In this document: piece after piece, positions 12,846 to 28,248 of the stretch | Position numbering within the stretch: the first letter of the stretch is position 1 | Layout: the number at the start of each line of letters is the position of its first letter | Source: the human T2T-CHM13v2.0 reference genome, Homo sapiens | Reading direction: 5' to 3' (one strand) | DNA length: 64,000 nt | Assembly: GCF_009914755.1 (NCBI RefSeq) | Contig: NC_060947.1 | Notes under the pieces: generated by a model | Databases searched by the model: none | The model's input: only the letters and a program-made list of their open reading frames with translations | What the model was told of the DNA's origin: nothing | Position numbers and translations under genes: made by a program

Positions 12846-13792
12846 AATGATGGCCCTTAAACACTGCAAAAATCCTCAGCAAGTACAGAAATGTTCTCTT
12901 GCATCCATTAGTGTCTATGTCCTGAGTGGCCCATGAAAATTGATTTATATATATATATGAAATATTTATATATATTTATATATTTCATATATATATGAAA
13001 TATTTTCAGCAAGGAATGAAATTTAAAAGGCCATTTATTTAAACTTCAGTTAATTATAGTTTATTCTAATTCTAAAATTCCAAGTTAAAATAAAAACTTC
13101 CATCAATTAACAAAATAAATTTATTCAGATTGAGTATGTTCTCATCACAATGCAATCATATCAAAACTCAGTAACAAAAGTCTCTCAAAACCAGATACTT
13201 AGGAAAACTCTTAAATGTCCTAAAAGAATGAGTCAAACAATGAAATCAGTAAAAATTGCAGAGTAGACCTCTGAAATTTTATTCTTAAAATCAATTTTAA
13301 AAACTGACAATATTTCTCAGGATTAACTTTTTTAAAGCTCCGGACTGCTACAAAACTTTGGATAATTTCCAGAGTTCTGGAAAAAGATATACCACACAAA
13401 TGATAACAAAACAAGAGCTGAAATGACTACACTAAAATCAGACAAAATAGCCTTTAAGAAAAAAAATTGTTTCTAAGAAAAAAAGGGACATTTCATAATG
13501 ATAAATGGATCAATTCCTCAAGAAGATATGACAATTATAAACATATGTGCACCTAGCAATAAAGCCAAAAATGCATAAAACAAAACTGAGGGAATTAAAG
13601 TGAGAAATGGGTAGTTCAGTAGTAACAGCAGGAGCTTTCAATACCCCACTGGCATAATGGATAGAATAACTATGTTAGAGCAACAGAATAATAATGGATA
13701 GTCAACAATGAAATAGAAGACTTTAACAGCACTGTAAACAAACTAGACTTGAAAGACATCTACAGAACATGCCACTCAACAACAGCAAAATA

Positions 13793-13826
13793 TAGGTTGG
13801 TGCAAAAGTGATTTGCACCAGCCTAA
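13793..13826. mobile_element. Internally deleted MADE1 (Hsmar1 MITE), 34 bp
   Basis: taggttggtgcaaaagtgatttgcaccagcctaa comprises both MADE1 termini, flanked by TA, interrupting L1 ORF2. Confidence 0.8.
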
Positions 13827-14936
13827 TACATGGAACATCTTCTCGAGCACACATGGAACATTCTCCAGGACAAACCATATACTAAAATATAAAACAATAC
13901 TCGATAAATTAAAAATGGTTGAAATGATGCAAGTATGTTCTCTGACCACAATGGAATGGAATGAACATAGAAATCAATAACAGAAGGAAATTTGGGAAAA
14001 CTACATATATGAAAAATTAACAGCATATTACTAAATGAATAATGAGTGAATGAAGAAATCATAAGAAAAAGTATCCTGAGATGAATGTAAATGAAAGTAC
14101 AACAAACAAAAAGTTATGGAACGCAGCAAAAGCTGAGCTTAAAGGGAAATTTGTAGCATAAACATCTTTATTTTTAAAAAGAGAGACCTAAAGTAAGTAA
14201 CCTAACCTTTCGACTTAAGAAACTAAAAAGGAAGAGCAAACTAAACCCAAAGCACACGGATGGAATAATATATTAAAAATTAGAGCAGAAATTAATACAA
14301 TGGATAATAGGAAAATAATATAAAAAACCAACAAAACCCAAAATTGGTTCTTTGGAATTACAAAGAAAATTTACAGACCTTTAGCTAGACTGTCCAAGAA
14401 GAAAAACCGAAGACTCATATTACTGAAATCAGCATTAAAAGCTGGATATTACTACTAACTTTAAAGAAATAAAAAGGATTATAAGGGGATACAATGAAAA
14501 ATTGTATGCAAACAATTTACGTAATATAGATGAAATAGAAAAATACATAAAAGACACAAACTACAGAAACTGACTCAAGATAAAATAGAGAATATGAATA
14601 CACATTATTTTATCAAGTAAATAAATCAAATTAGTAATAAAAAAATACCACAAAGAGAAGCCCAGCCCCAAATGGCTCACTGGTGAAATCTCCCATGTTT
14701 AAGGAATAATTAATATCAATCTCACACAAAATAAACATACAAAAATCAGTAGCATTTCTATATGCCAAGAGTGAACAATCTTAAAGAAGAAGTCGAGAAA
14801 GCAATCCCACTTACAATAGCTACAACAAAATACCTAGAAATCACAAAAGACCCCAAATAGCCAAAGCAACTCTGAATAAAAAAACAAAGTTGGATGCACC
14901 ATACTATCTTGTTTTAAAATATACATTGAAGCTATA

Positions 14937-15183
14937 TTTTGATAGCACAACAGGGTGACTGCAGTCAATAATAACTTAATTTTACATTTCAAAATAACTA
15001 AACAGTGTAATTGGATTGTTTGTAAAACAAGGGATAAATGCTTGAGGGGATGGATACCCCATTCTCCATGATGTGATTATGTCACATTGCATGACTGTAT
15101 CAAAACATTTCATGTATCCCATAAATACATACATCTACTATGTACCCACAAAATTAAAAGTAAAAAAAAATTAAAAAAAAAAA
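14937..15183 (+). mobile_element. L1MA1-3-like 3' end with poly(A)
   Basis: gatagcacaacagggtgact...gcttgaggggatggatacccc...tatgtacccacaaaattaaaa, then A-tail. Confidence 0.85.
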
Positions 15184-15748
15184 CCTACTATTAGTCTCAA
15201 AGTTAGTATGATTCAGAGAGAGGGAGAATGCTAAGGATTTTTTACATTTTAATTGTTTTACTCAAAACAATTAAAACATAAGAGTTTTATATACGTGAGG
15301 GGTACATACGATGCTTATAGTTCCGAGATACCAGATGTTCCCTGACAGTGCCAACAGATGAAGTATCAAAAAAGCAGAGAAAACTCAAGAAACTGAGTTT
15401 TATTGAGGGAAGAAGGAAATAGAAACTATCACCAAATTAGGGCCACTGGTTGACTCTTCCCTGGCACCCTCACATGTACAAGACCTGTCCCAGACACAGA
15501 GCAAGTCTCTGCTCTCTATTAAATGAGAGCAGTAATCCACATTCATTCACAAAACCCTAATTAAGCAGTTATTTGTAAAGGAGTTTTCCATGACTTCTAG
15601 ACTCGAAAAGATATGTGTGGAATCCCAGCAATTTATGTAGAAGCCAACACAGCCCCTGGCACATAAATAATAGATACTTAATGAATAAAGCATCCACGTT
15701 ATTGTTGATATTAATAAAAAGAATCTTCATTGAGTGCCTAAAAAGAAA
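15184..15748 (+). other. Putative L1 3'-transduced genomic segment
   Basis: Non-L1 sequence between the L1 A-tail and a second A-tail (15740-15748); AATAAA at 15713-15718; outer TSD aagctata/aagccata. Confidence 0.65.
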
Positions 15749-18700
15749 AAGCCATAATAACAAAAACAGCATGATACATAAAAACAAGACACACATACCA
15801 ATGGAACATGATAGAGAACCCAGAAATAAATCCACTCATTTACAGCCAACTCATTTTTGACAAGGGCACCAAGAACATACATTGGGGAAAGGACTGTCTT
15901 CAATAAATGGTGCTGGAAAAACTGGATATCCATACATAGAAGAATGAAACTAGATTCCTATCTCTTACCATATATAAAAATCAAATCAAAGTGGATTAAA
16001 GACCAATGTAAGACCTGAAACTATGAAACTAAAAGAAAACATTGGAAAATTTTTCAGGACATTGGTGTAGGCAAAGATTTTGGGTGTAAGACTTTAAAAG
16101 CAGAGGCAACAGAAACAGAAATGGACAAATGGGAACACATCAAGCTAAAACACTTTTGCACAGCCATGGAAACAACAAATTGAAGAGACAACCCACAGAA
16201 TGGGAAAAAATATTTTCAGGCTACCTAACAAGGGATTAATAACCACAATATATAAGGAACTCAAGCAATTCAACAGCAAAAAGAAAAAATAATCCAATTT
16301 TAAAATGGGCAAATGATGTGAACAGACATTTCTCAAAAGAAGAAATAGAAAAGGTCAACAGGTATATGAAAAATGCTCAACACCACTAATCATCAGTGAA
16401 ATGCTAATCAATACCACAATGAGATAGCATTTCACTTCAGTTAAAATGGCCATTATCAAAAAGACAAAAAATAGCAGATGCTGGCGAGGATGTTGAGAAA
16501 GAGAAACTCTCATACACTGTTGGTGGAAATGTAAATTAGCATGGTCATTATGAAAAATAGTATGGAGGTTCCTAAGAAAAACTAAAGGTAGAGCTACCGT
16601 ATAATTCAGCAATTGCACTGCTGGGTATATATCCAAAAGAAAGGCAATCAGTATATTGAATATATCTGCACTCCCATGTTTATCACAGCACTATACACAA
16701 TAACCAAGATATGAAATCAACCTAAGTGTCCATCAATGGATAAATGGATTTTTAAAATGTGGTATATATACAAAATGAAATAATATTCAGCCATAAAAAT
16801 AATAAAATCCTTCATTTGCAAGACACGGATGAGCCTGGAGGGTATGTAACTGAAATAAGCCAGATGCAGACAGACAAATATCACATGTTCTCCCTCATAT
16901 GTGGAAGCTAAAAACGTTGATCTCATAGACATGGAGAACAGAATGGTATTCACCAGAAGTTAGAGTTGGGAGAAAGATGAAGAGAGGTTCATTGATGGGT
17001 ACAAAATGCAATTAGATAGAAAGAATAAGTTCTAGTTTTCAGTAGCATAGTAGAAAGACTATAGTTATCAATAATTTATTGTATATTTTAAAGTACCTGG
17101 AAAAGAATACTTGGAATGGACTCACACACACAAAAAAAATGTTTGAGGTGATTAATGTCTCAATTGCCCTGATTTGATTATTACAAATTGCATGCATCTA
17201 TCAAAATATCACATGTACCCCATAAATATGTATAATTATTGTGTAGCAGTAAAATGCAAGTCATCTGAAAAAAAAAAGAATTAACACCAATACTTCACAA
17301 ACTTCCAAAACCTCAAAGGGGAGAATGTACTTATCAGTTCATTCTATGAAGCCAGTATTACCCGAATAACAAAGTCGGACAAAGGCATCACAAGAAACAA
17401 ACTATAGAGTAATATCTCTTCTCAATATAGATGTAAATGTCCTCAATGAAATACTAGCAAACAGAATACAGCAGCACGTAAAAATGTTATATTCTATGAC
17501 TAAGTAAGACTTATTCCAGTAATGCAAGGTTGCTTCAACATGCAAGAATCAATTAATGTAAGATACCATATTAATAGAATAAAGGGAAAAATTACATGAT
17601 CCTCTCAATATATTCAGAAAAAGCATTTGATGAAATTCAATGTTCTTTCATGTAAACATACTCAATAAACTAGGAATAGAAAGGAATCTGCTCATGCTGA
17701 TAAAGGGCAGCTATGAGAAACTCACAGTTAGTATCATATTGAATGGTGAAATACTTAAAGCTTTCCCCCTAATATCAGGCACAAGATAAGGATGCTTCTC
17801 ACTGCTTCTATTCAACATTGTACTGGAGGTGCCAGCAAGAGCAATTAGGTAAGAAAATGATGCAAAATGCATCCAGACTGGAAAGGAAGAAGTAAAACCA
17901 TATTTGCAGATGGTATGATCTTATATAAGAAAATACTGTGGAATTCAGAAGAAAACTATTAGAACTTGTAAATGAGCTCACCACGTTTGTAAGATACAAG
18001 ATTAATATGCAAAAGTTAATTGTAATATGTAATGAATCAATATTTTATATTGTCTTGACAAATTTCTCATAAAATGTATCACATTGTGTGTTTCTAGTCT
18101 CTTTATGTTACTCCTGGAGGGTAGACACCATGAGTTTTTCTATATATGTATCCAGTCTCAGTACATGGCACTTATTTGTCATTCAATTAATACATTTATG
18201 AACAATATAACTTGGTAATATGTCATAGATGTTATCCAAGGCCAAAGATACTCATGAAGTAGGGCTTACCTTGAAGTCTGTAATAGAACATATATAGTGT
18301 GAGGAAAGATAGCTCCCTTGGTATCACTTAAATACATAGTATTGTATTGGAAAAATAACCACTTGTATTTATATATATTGTCAATGTACAATCTGAAAGT
18401 GATATTAAGAAAGCAATTCAATTGAAAATAGATTCAAAAGAAATTACACTAATAATACATTTAACAAAAGCAAAATGTATACCTTGAAAATTAAAGAAAA
18501 AAAATCATTGAAAGGAATGGAAGAAAACCTAAATAAAAAAATGGAAAGACCCTGCCATTTTCACAGACAGAACGACTTAATATTGTTAAATGGCAACACT
18601 CCCCAAATAGATCTATAGATTCAATGTGATGTTTAACAAAATCCCAGCTTCCTTTTATTGCAGAAATTGACAAGTTTATCCTAAAAGTCCTATGGAAATA

Positions 18701-19268
18701 CAAGAGTGACAGAAAAGACAGATCAATCCTGAAACATAAGATTAAAGTTGAAGGTCTCACACCTTCCTATTTCAGAAATTAGTACATGGATAGCTACAGT
18801 AATCAAGGCTATCTTGTACTGGCATAAAAATAGATCAATGGAATAGAATTGAGTATTCAGAAGTAAACTTATACATTAATGGTAAATTGTCTTTTGATGA
18901 GGATGCTAACTCAATTCAATGGGAGAATTAATAATCTTTTTAAGTAACCTTTATGAGACAGCTAGAAATCCACACATAAATGAAGTTGAGCCCTTACCTC
19001 TCACCATATACAAGAATTAACTAAAAACACAAAATGGATCGAAGGTCTGTATTTAATGGCTAAAGTTACAAAACTCTTAGAAGAAAACATAAGTGTAAAT
19101 CTTGGTGAAATTTGGTTGAGCGATGGTTTCTTAGATATGACACCTAAAGCACGAGCACCCAAGGAAAAAATAGCAAAATTTTACCTTATCAAAATTAGAA
19201 GCTTTTGCGCTTCTTAAGACACTGTCATGAAAGTAAAAAGACAACCTACAGAATGGAAGAAAATGTTT

Positions 19269-19476
19269 GCAAATCATATATCTAATAATATGCAAATCAC
19301 ATATGCATATATGAGAGATATCATATATGCATAGATGAGAGATATCATATATGCATATATGAGAGATATCATATATCTATGTGATGCAATTCATATATCT
19401 AATCATAATCATATAGCAAATCATATATCTAATAATATGCAAATATCTAATAATATGGAAATCATACAGCTAATAA
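19269..19476. repeat. AT-rich minisatellite (23-24 bp units) expanded inside L1 ORF2
   Basis: Units gcaaatcatatatctaataatat and gagagatatcatatatgcatatat. Confidence 0.85.
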
Positions 19477-20424
19477 GGGTCTAATATCTAGACTATATAA
19501 AGAATTAAAACCTCTTAACAACAAAAAGGCAAATAATTCAGTTAAAAATTGGCTACAGACATTTGGAGACATTTCTCCGAAGAACATATACAAATAGTCA
19601 TGAAAAGTTGTTCAGCATCATTGGCCATAAGGAAAATGTAAGCCACAATTAAAATATCACTTCATACTCATTAGGATGGGTACAATAAAAAAGACAGACA
19701 ATAGCAAGTGTTCATTAGAATGTGGAGAAACTGAAACCCTCATATACAGCTAGTGGGAATAAAATGGTGCAGCTACTTTGGAATACAATCTAGTAGTTCC
19801 TGAAAAAGTTAAACACAGAGTTACCACATGACTTAATTCCACTCCTAGGTATATAGCATATACTCAAGAGAAAGGAAAACTTCTACCCACACAATATTCA
19901 CAGCAGCATTATTCATAAAAATATCCCAAAGTGGAAATAACCCAAACACTCTTTAACTGGTGATGGAGAAAAAAAATGTGGACTATCCATACAATGGAAT
20001 ATTATTCAGCCATAAAATGAATGAAGTACTGATACATGTTACATGGATTAAACTTATGAAATTATAAGTGAAAGAATCAGACACAAAAGACCACATTTTG
20101 TATAAGTCTAATAATATGAAATGTGAATGATAAGCAAATCCTAGGAAACAGAAAAATTAGTGGTTGCCAGGGGTAGGAGGAGGGAAAATGGTTTGTGACT
20201 GCTAGTGAATATGGGGTTTCTTTTTGGGGTGATGAAAATGTTCTAGAATTACATAACAGTAATGATTGTGGAATCTTAAGATAGTAAAAACCACTGAACT
20301 GTACACTTCAAAATGGTGAATTTTATTGTATGTGAATTATATATCAATACATACAAGGAAGTAAAAATAGTGAGTTAACAAGGAAATCTTGTTTTTTCCC
20401 CCTCATTCTTGGCTTTCATCTTGG

Positions 20425-20789
20425 GACTGGTTCCTTGTGGGAGCTCTAGGGAAGAAATCTGTTTCCTGCCTTTTCCAGCTTCTAGAGACCACCTAAATTC
20501 CTTGCCTCCTGGTCCCCTTATTCATCTTCAAAATCAGTGGAGTAGCTTCAAATCTCTCTCTCCCCTTCTGTATTCACACTGCCTTCCCTCTTTAAAAGGA
20601 CCCCTGTGGTTGCACCTACCTGGATAATTCAGGATAATTTCCCCATCTCAAGATCCTCAACTGAATCATATCTTCAAAGTCTTTTTTTTTTTTTTTTTTT
20701 TTTGGCCATGGAAGGCAACATACTCATAGGTTCTCAGGATTAGGACATGGAGATATTTGAGGAGGGGGGTGTTTATTCTGTCTACTACA
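20425..20789 (-). mobile_element. MLT1C/D-like MaLR LTR (partial)
   Basis: ccttttccagcttctagag...ggataattcaggataat...catctcaagatcct...ggattaggacatgg...ctactaca. Confidence 0.85.
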
Positions 20790-20970
20790 GACCGTCTTCT
20801 TTATAAGATTAAAATAATAATAATTAAAATGACAGTTTAAAATGACTTAAAATGAGAGTTTAAAAAGCAATAGGAGATTATGTGAGCATTATATAATTGT
20901 TTTATTCTGTTCAGCAGGTAGGCAAGCACTGAGAAAAGTCATCAAGTATCAGAAGTTACACCTAAGAAAT

Positions 20971-21321
20971 TGATATGGTTTGGCCGCACACGAATCTCAT
21001 CTTGAATTGTAACTCCCACAATTCCCACATGTCATGGGAGGAACCTGGTAGGAGGTGATTGAATTATGGGGTTGGGTCTTATCTGCACTGTTCTGGTGAT
21101 AGTGAATGAGTCTCACAAGATCTGATTGTTTTAAAAACTGGAATTTCCCTGCACAAGCTCTCTTCTCTTGTCTTCTGCCACGTGAGATGTGCCTTTCACC
21201 TTCTGCCATGATTGTGAGGCCTTCCCAGCCACATGGAACTGTAACTCCATTAAACTTCTTTCTTTTGTTAATTGCCCAGTCTCAGGTATATCTGTCAGCA
21301 GCATGAAAATGGACAAATGCA
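20971..21321 (+). mobile_element. THE1C-like solo LTR
   Basis: tgatatggtttgg...ttccctgcacaagctctc...aattgcccagtctcaggtat...gcagcatgaaaatggacaaatgca; 5-bp TSD gaaat/gaaac. Confidence 0.92.
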
Positions 21322-21574
21322 GAAACCAATTTATTTACCAAGAAAGGACCATGCAGAATTGGCTGAATATTATTATTTTGCTCTTCACAGTAGAATATTC
21401 AAATAACCACTTAAAGGTGAAAAAAAATCAAATCAGCAAAAAGAACAATCTGTTCATATATTTTAAAGGGAAAAGTGCTGCTCCTCTTGGGCCAAAAAGG
21501 AAATAATTGGAAAGCTATGGCTGAATTTCCACCTAAGGTCACATTGTCTTGATGCAAATATAACAATAATTGGT

Positions 21575-21656
21575 AATAGTAGTAGTAGTAGTAGTACTAG
21601 TAGCAGTAGTGGTAGTAGTAGTAGTAGTAGCAGCAGCAACAGCAGCAGTAGTAGTA
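21575..21656. repeat. (AGT)n/(AGC)n compound microsatellite at a MIR tail
   Basis: Directly visible. Confidence 0.9.
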
Positions 21657-21890
21657 ACTAGCATTTATTGAGTTATTATGTGGTAGGTATGTATGCTGGT
21701 AAAAAAATTTCCATTAGGTAATTCATTTATTCCTCAATATTTTGAGTAATAATGAAGTAAGGCCCCTTCCAATGAAGTAAGGCCCCTTTTTCATAGAAGA
21801 GGAAAATAAGTCTTCAATAAATCAAGTGACTTTTCCAAAGTCACATAGCTAATATGTAGTGGGGCTGGATTTAGAACCTAGGAACCCAAC
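21657..21890 (-). mobile_element. MIR with an 18-bp near-tandem duplication
   Basis: agcatttattgag...aagtgactttttccaaagtcacatagcta...ggatttagaacctagg; aatgaagtaaggcccctt occurs twice (21751, 21771). Confidence 0.75.
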
Positions 21891-21949
21891 CCTAGATTGT
21901 GTGCTGGAAATACAATTGTGATCCATCATTGACATGGCCCTGGGTAGGA

Positions 21950-23055
21950 AGTGTACCAGTACCTGAGATTGTACATATAGGGAACTTCAGTGGTCTAGGA
22001 AATCAAGTAATATTTCACTGAGTTAAAATCTGAATAGTGAACAAATGTCAAATAAGCAAATGTGGTATGAGGCAGGGACATGTTTGTGGAGAGCATTCCA
22101 AAAAGAGGGATTAGCCCAAGCAAAGGAAAAAACCCTGAGGCTAGAGCACATTCCCAGAACAAAAAGATGGTTACTGTGGCTGGAATATAGTGAGCGTAGT
22201 GAGGTACGATATACACTAAAATCAGAGAGGTGAGCAGAGTTCAGCTCTTGAAAGGTTGTATAGCCCATGGTAAGATATTGGGGTTGATTCTAATTTAGTG
22301 GTTATGAATCAGTAGTAATTTTTCTTCCCCCCTCCCCAAAGGGACATTTGGCAATGCCTAGAAACGTTTCTGATAGTCACAACTCGGGGTGGGCTGCTAC
22401 TGTAGTGGGTAAAGGCCAGAGATGCTGCTAAGCATCTTATAGGGCACAGGATAGCCCCTCCTACCCACAACAAAGAAATACCAGTATTGCTGAGGTGAGA
22501 AACCCTGTTCTAACTGTAATAGGAAACTTTTGAAGGATTTTAAGTAGGTGAGTGGTCCAATCTTAAATATATTTTCAGATTTATGTCTTATATATTTTAT
22601 GTCTTATGTCAATGCATAGAATTGATGGTGGAGAGAGACGGCTGGATATAGGCAGATTAAGAGACTTTTGTAGAAGTCCAGGCCAAAGATGATTATGGAA
22701 TTGCCTAGGATCATGGCAGTAGTAGCAGAGAAAAGTGAAAGGTTCAAGTTGTACTTTAAAGGTAGAGACTAGAGGATTTACTGAAGGATTGGATGGGGTG
22801 GTGCTGAAGGAAAGAGAGGAATCAAAGATGATATCCACGTTTCTGGCTTTACTTGATGGGTGGATGGGTGGAGGTACAAATGAGGGAGAAAAAAAGATTG
22901 AGAGGGTCAAAGTGTGAAAGGAGAGATAATGTCAATTGTGATCATAGTAGTTTTAAGGTGCCTCCTTGATATATAAGTGAAGACACCAAGAAGTCAGTTA
23001 GACATATGAGTTTGGAGCTCAGAGAAATCCAGGCTGGAGTGATATATTCATGAGC
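21950..23055 (-). mobile_element. L2 LINE fragment split by MER20
   Basis: gtggctggaatatagtgagc...ggattttaagtagg...gagaggaatcaaagatga...gagctcagagaaatccaggctggag. Confidence 0.75.
22296..22507 (+). mobile_element. MER20 (hAT-Charlie)
   Basis: gggacatttggcaatg...gtcacaact...ggccagagatgctgctaagcatc...gagaaaccctg; 8-bp TSD ttctaatt/ttctaact. Confidence 0.9.
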
Positions 23056-23499
23056 ATTCCATCCAGAACAGCAAATGGAGAAATCTGGAATGTCTGGGGG
23101 CAAGTCGTAATCTTCTGATACAGTATCATGAAAAGATACTGCTGCTTTCTCCTTAAAATTGTCTCTTGACATCACTATTGGAGATACTTGCTATTGGTTG
23201 AATCCTAGTGCTTCCCCAGCCTCATATTTCTTATATTCTGTGAATCAATATTCATGTTGCTTAAATGAAAGCTCAGCATATTTTATTTTCATAAATTATG
23301 AAGTGTCAAAGATGAACATGATTGTATGGATTTACCATTTTCTACTTGAAGCTAAAATAAGTTTCTTATAGTTCTAGTGTCTTCAGTTTAATTGTCTTCC
23401 TATAACTCTAGGATTCAGTTCCACTGCAGCTAGAAGAAATGGTGGGGCATAATGCACTATTTGCCAAGGCAAAGCTCTCTATTGCCCCAATTTTACTAC

Positions 23500-24350
<851 letters not shown>

Positions 24351-24359
24351 TCTTACTCC

Positions 24360-24428
24360 ATCAGCCATGTGGCATTGGGTAAATTTCTTAACTTTTCTAA
24401 GCCTCAGTATCTTCATCAATGTAATGAA
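24360..24428 (+). mobile_element. MIR core (5' piece of a MIR split by ~5 kb of insertions)
   Basis: gccatgtggcattgggtaaatttcttaacttttctaagcctcagtatcttcatc. Confidence 0.7.
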
Positions 24429-25784
24429 GTTCAAGAGACTTCTTATCAACAAAAATGAAAATTTTAATAAATGATTCTGAGAAAATTAGTTAACCATTTG
24501 GAAAAAGATAAAATGAGATCAATTTTTATACTGTGCATAAGGATAAATTATATGTGTATAAGGAATCTCAATGTAAAAAAAGCAGGCAAACAAGTCCTAG
24601 AAAAAAAACATGAATTCATCCTTAACTGGGGCATAGGGAGAAGATTTCTAACTATGGTCCAAAATGCAAAGGCAATAAAAGAAAAGACTGATACATTTGA
24701 CTACATTAAAAAAAATTATGTATGTAAAAAAGTAACACCATAACAAGATTAAAAACAATTAGGAGAAAATAGTTGCAACATATATCATAAATAAAGGGCT
24801 GATATCGCTAACATATAAAGAACTCTTAAGAATTGAGAGAAAAGACCAAAACCTGATACAAAACAGGTAAATGACACTAATAAACAATTCACGAAAATTT
24901 AAATGGCCCTCAAATATATTAAGGGACATTTAATTTTCCTCATGATCAGGATAAAAGTAAAAGTACACTGAGAGCCCATTTCTCGTGTACCAGACTGGTA
25001 AAGACTAAAAAGTACAATAAACAAATCGGTTGGTGAAGCTATAGGTAAACAGTCACTTTCATGCATTGCTGGTTGGAACACAAATTTGTACAACTTGTAT
25101 GAAGGGAAATTTGGCAATACTAAACAAACCTTACACATGCATTTACTTTTTGATGTAGTAATCCCACTTTACCCTGAAGATTCACCTCCACCAAGACAAA
25201 AATAGATATGCACAAGGTTATTCATTGCAGTATTCTTTGTAATTGCAAAATATTGTACTGGTTTAATAAACTACAGTATGTGCATACAGTTATGAAAAAT
25301 AATTGTTAAAAAAAGAATGTGGAAGATCTCTATGAACTGATGTGGAGTGATTTCCAGGTTATAATGTTGGGTGAAACAAAAGCAAAGTGCAAAACTGCAT
25401 AGGCAGTGTGCTACATTTTGTTTAAGAAGGGCAAATGAGAAAATTTCATGCATCTATTTATTTGTGCAAAAATAAAACATGCAAGAAGTATAAACTAGAT
25501 ACTAATGAGATCTGTTTCCTATAGATGTGAGCTGGAACAGGGTGGAAAAGATAGACAAGAATGTAGAGGATCTGAAATTTCTCTGAGTATTACTTTTTAA
25601 ACGTTTCTAACTTTTGGAACTGTGGTAATGTTTCACATACTCAAAAAAAGAAAATCAATAAAATCAACAAAGGTTGGGAAAACACTAAAATGGAACACAA
25701 ACAGAACAAATGAACTAAACTTTACCTTAAAATGGATAACATAAATACAGTGAAAAGTGAAAAAAGAGAACTAATTTAAATAAC

Positions 25785-27282
<1,498 letters not shown>

Positions 27283-27937
27283 CAAATAACCTTTGAACAT
27301 AGCATTTGGACAATACGACGTTGGGGCTAAAGACAAAAAGAACTCTAAAACAATATTGACCTCTACTTTGTAGGCTTTTATTTCTCAGAGGGGTGGGTGA
27401 GCGATACTGAAATTACTTTTTGTGTATCCTAGGATTGACCAAATAAGTAAATATACTGTGGATAAAGGAAGCTAGGTTTCTTATTGTCAGAGAAGGGAGT
27501 TATAAATATGGAAGATGAAAAAAAATAGAATAAATCCTGTAGTGTTGGACTGAACTTGGAGGTATTAGTGTGAAATCATGGATTTAAATATAGCCTAGAG
27601 ATAGATATGTAAATAAATATTGGCGTATATGGATATTATATATATATATTATTTTTTCTTTGCTAGCTGAGAGGGTCTAAAAGCAATGACTCTCAAGAAA
27701 CAATGGGCACACCTAGCACTCAGATCTTGGTTTCTAAAAACTCAAAGGAATCAAGGCTCCTTGGAGAAATGGATGAATGCAAGGCTGCGGCAGGAAAAGA
27801 ACGAGATGAATCTGGAATATCCTGCTATGCCAGAAAGTAAGAAACTGTTCAAAGCTTGATGGGGGCATGTCAAAATGAAGCAGGAGGCAGCTTTAAGGGG
27901 CACACACTTGGCCAAATCAGGGACAATTTGAGCTTCT

Positions 27938-28248
27938 TTTTGTTCTTTTCTTTTCTTTTTTTCTTTTTCTTTTTCTTTTTTTTTAAACTGGCTGGAGTGC
28001 AGTAGCACAATCATAGCTCACTGCAACCTTGAATTCCTGGGCCCAAGCCATCCTCTCAAATCAACCTCCTGAATAGCACTGGGACTACAGGTGAATACCA
28101 TTATGCCAGGCTAATTTTTTATTTTTATATTTTTAGAGGCATGGTCTTGCTATGTTGCTGAGGCTTGTCTCAAACTCCTGGCCTCAAGAATCCTCCTACT
28201 TTAGCCTCCCAAGTCGCTGGGATTGCAGACATGAGCCACCATGCCCAG
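27938..28248 (-). mobile_element. AluJ
   Basis: caatcatagctcactgca...tcctgggcccaagc...ggtcttgctatgttg; TSD acaatttgagcttct/acaaattaagcttct. Confidence 0.92.

Larger units (their letters stand above)
14722..17278 (+). mobile_element. L1MA-type element nested in the older L1
   Basis: ORF2 3' half + 3' UTR + A-tail; degenerate TSD aataattaatatcaat / aagaattaacaccaat; host L1 resumes at 17279. Confidence 0.85.
13370..20348 (+). mobile_element. Long old L1 (L1MB7/8-like), ORF2 from endonuclease to 3' UTR, interrupted by several insertions
   Basis: Collinear ORF2 remnants at 13370-14720, 17279-18024 and 18351-~20000; 3' UTR ggtttctttttggggtgatgaaaatgttctagaa...tgtgaattatatatcaata. Confidence 0.85.

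Noticed and set aside
12946-13003. AT-rich palindrome
   Set aside because: Low-complexity (TA)n sequence is self-complementary by default.
19269-19476. CRISPR-like array
   Set aside because: The units are adjacent with no unique spacers and derive from the host L1 sequence.
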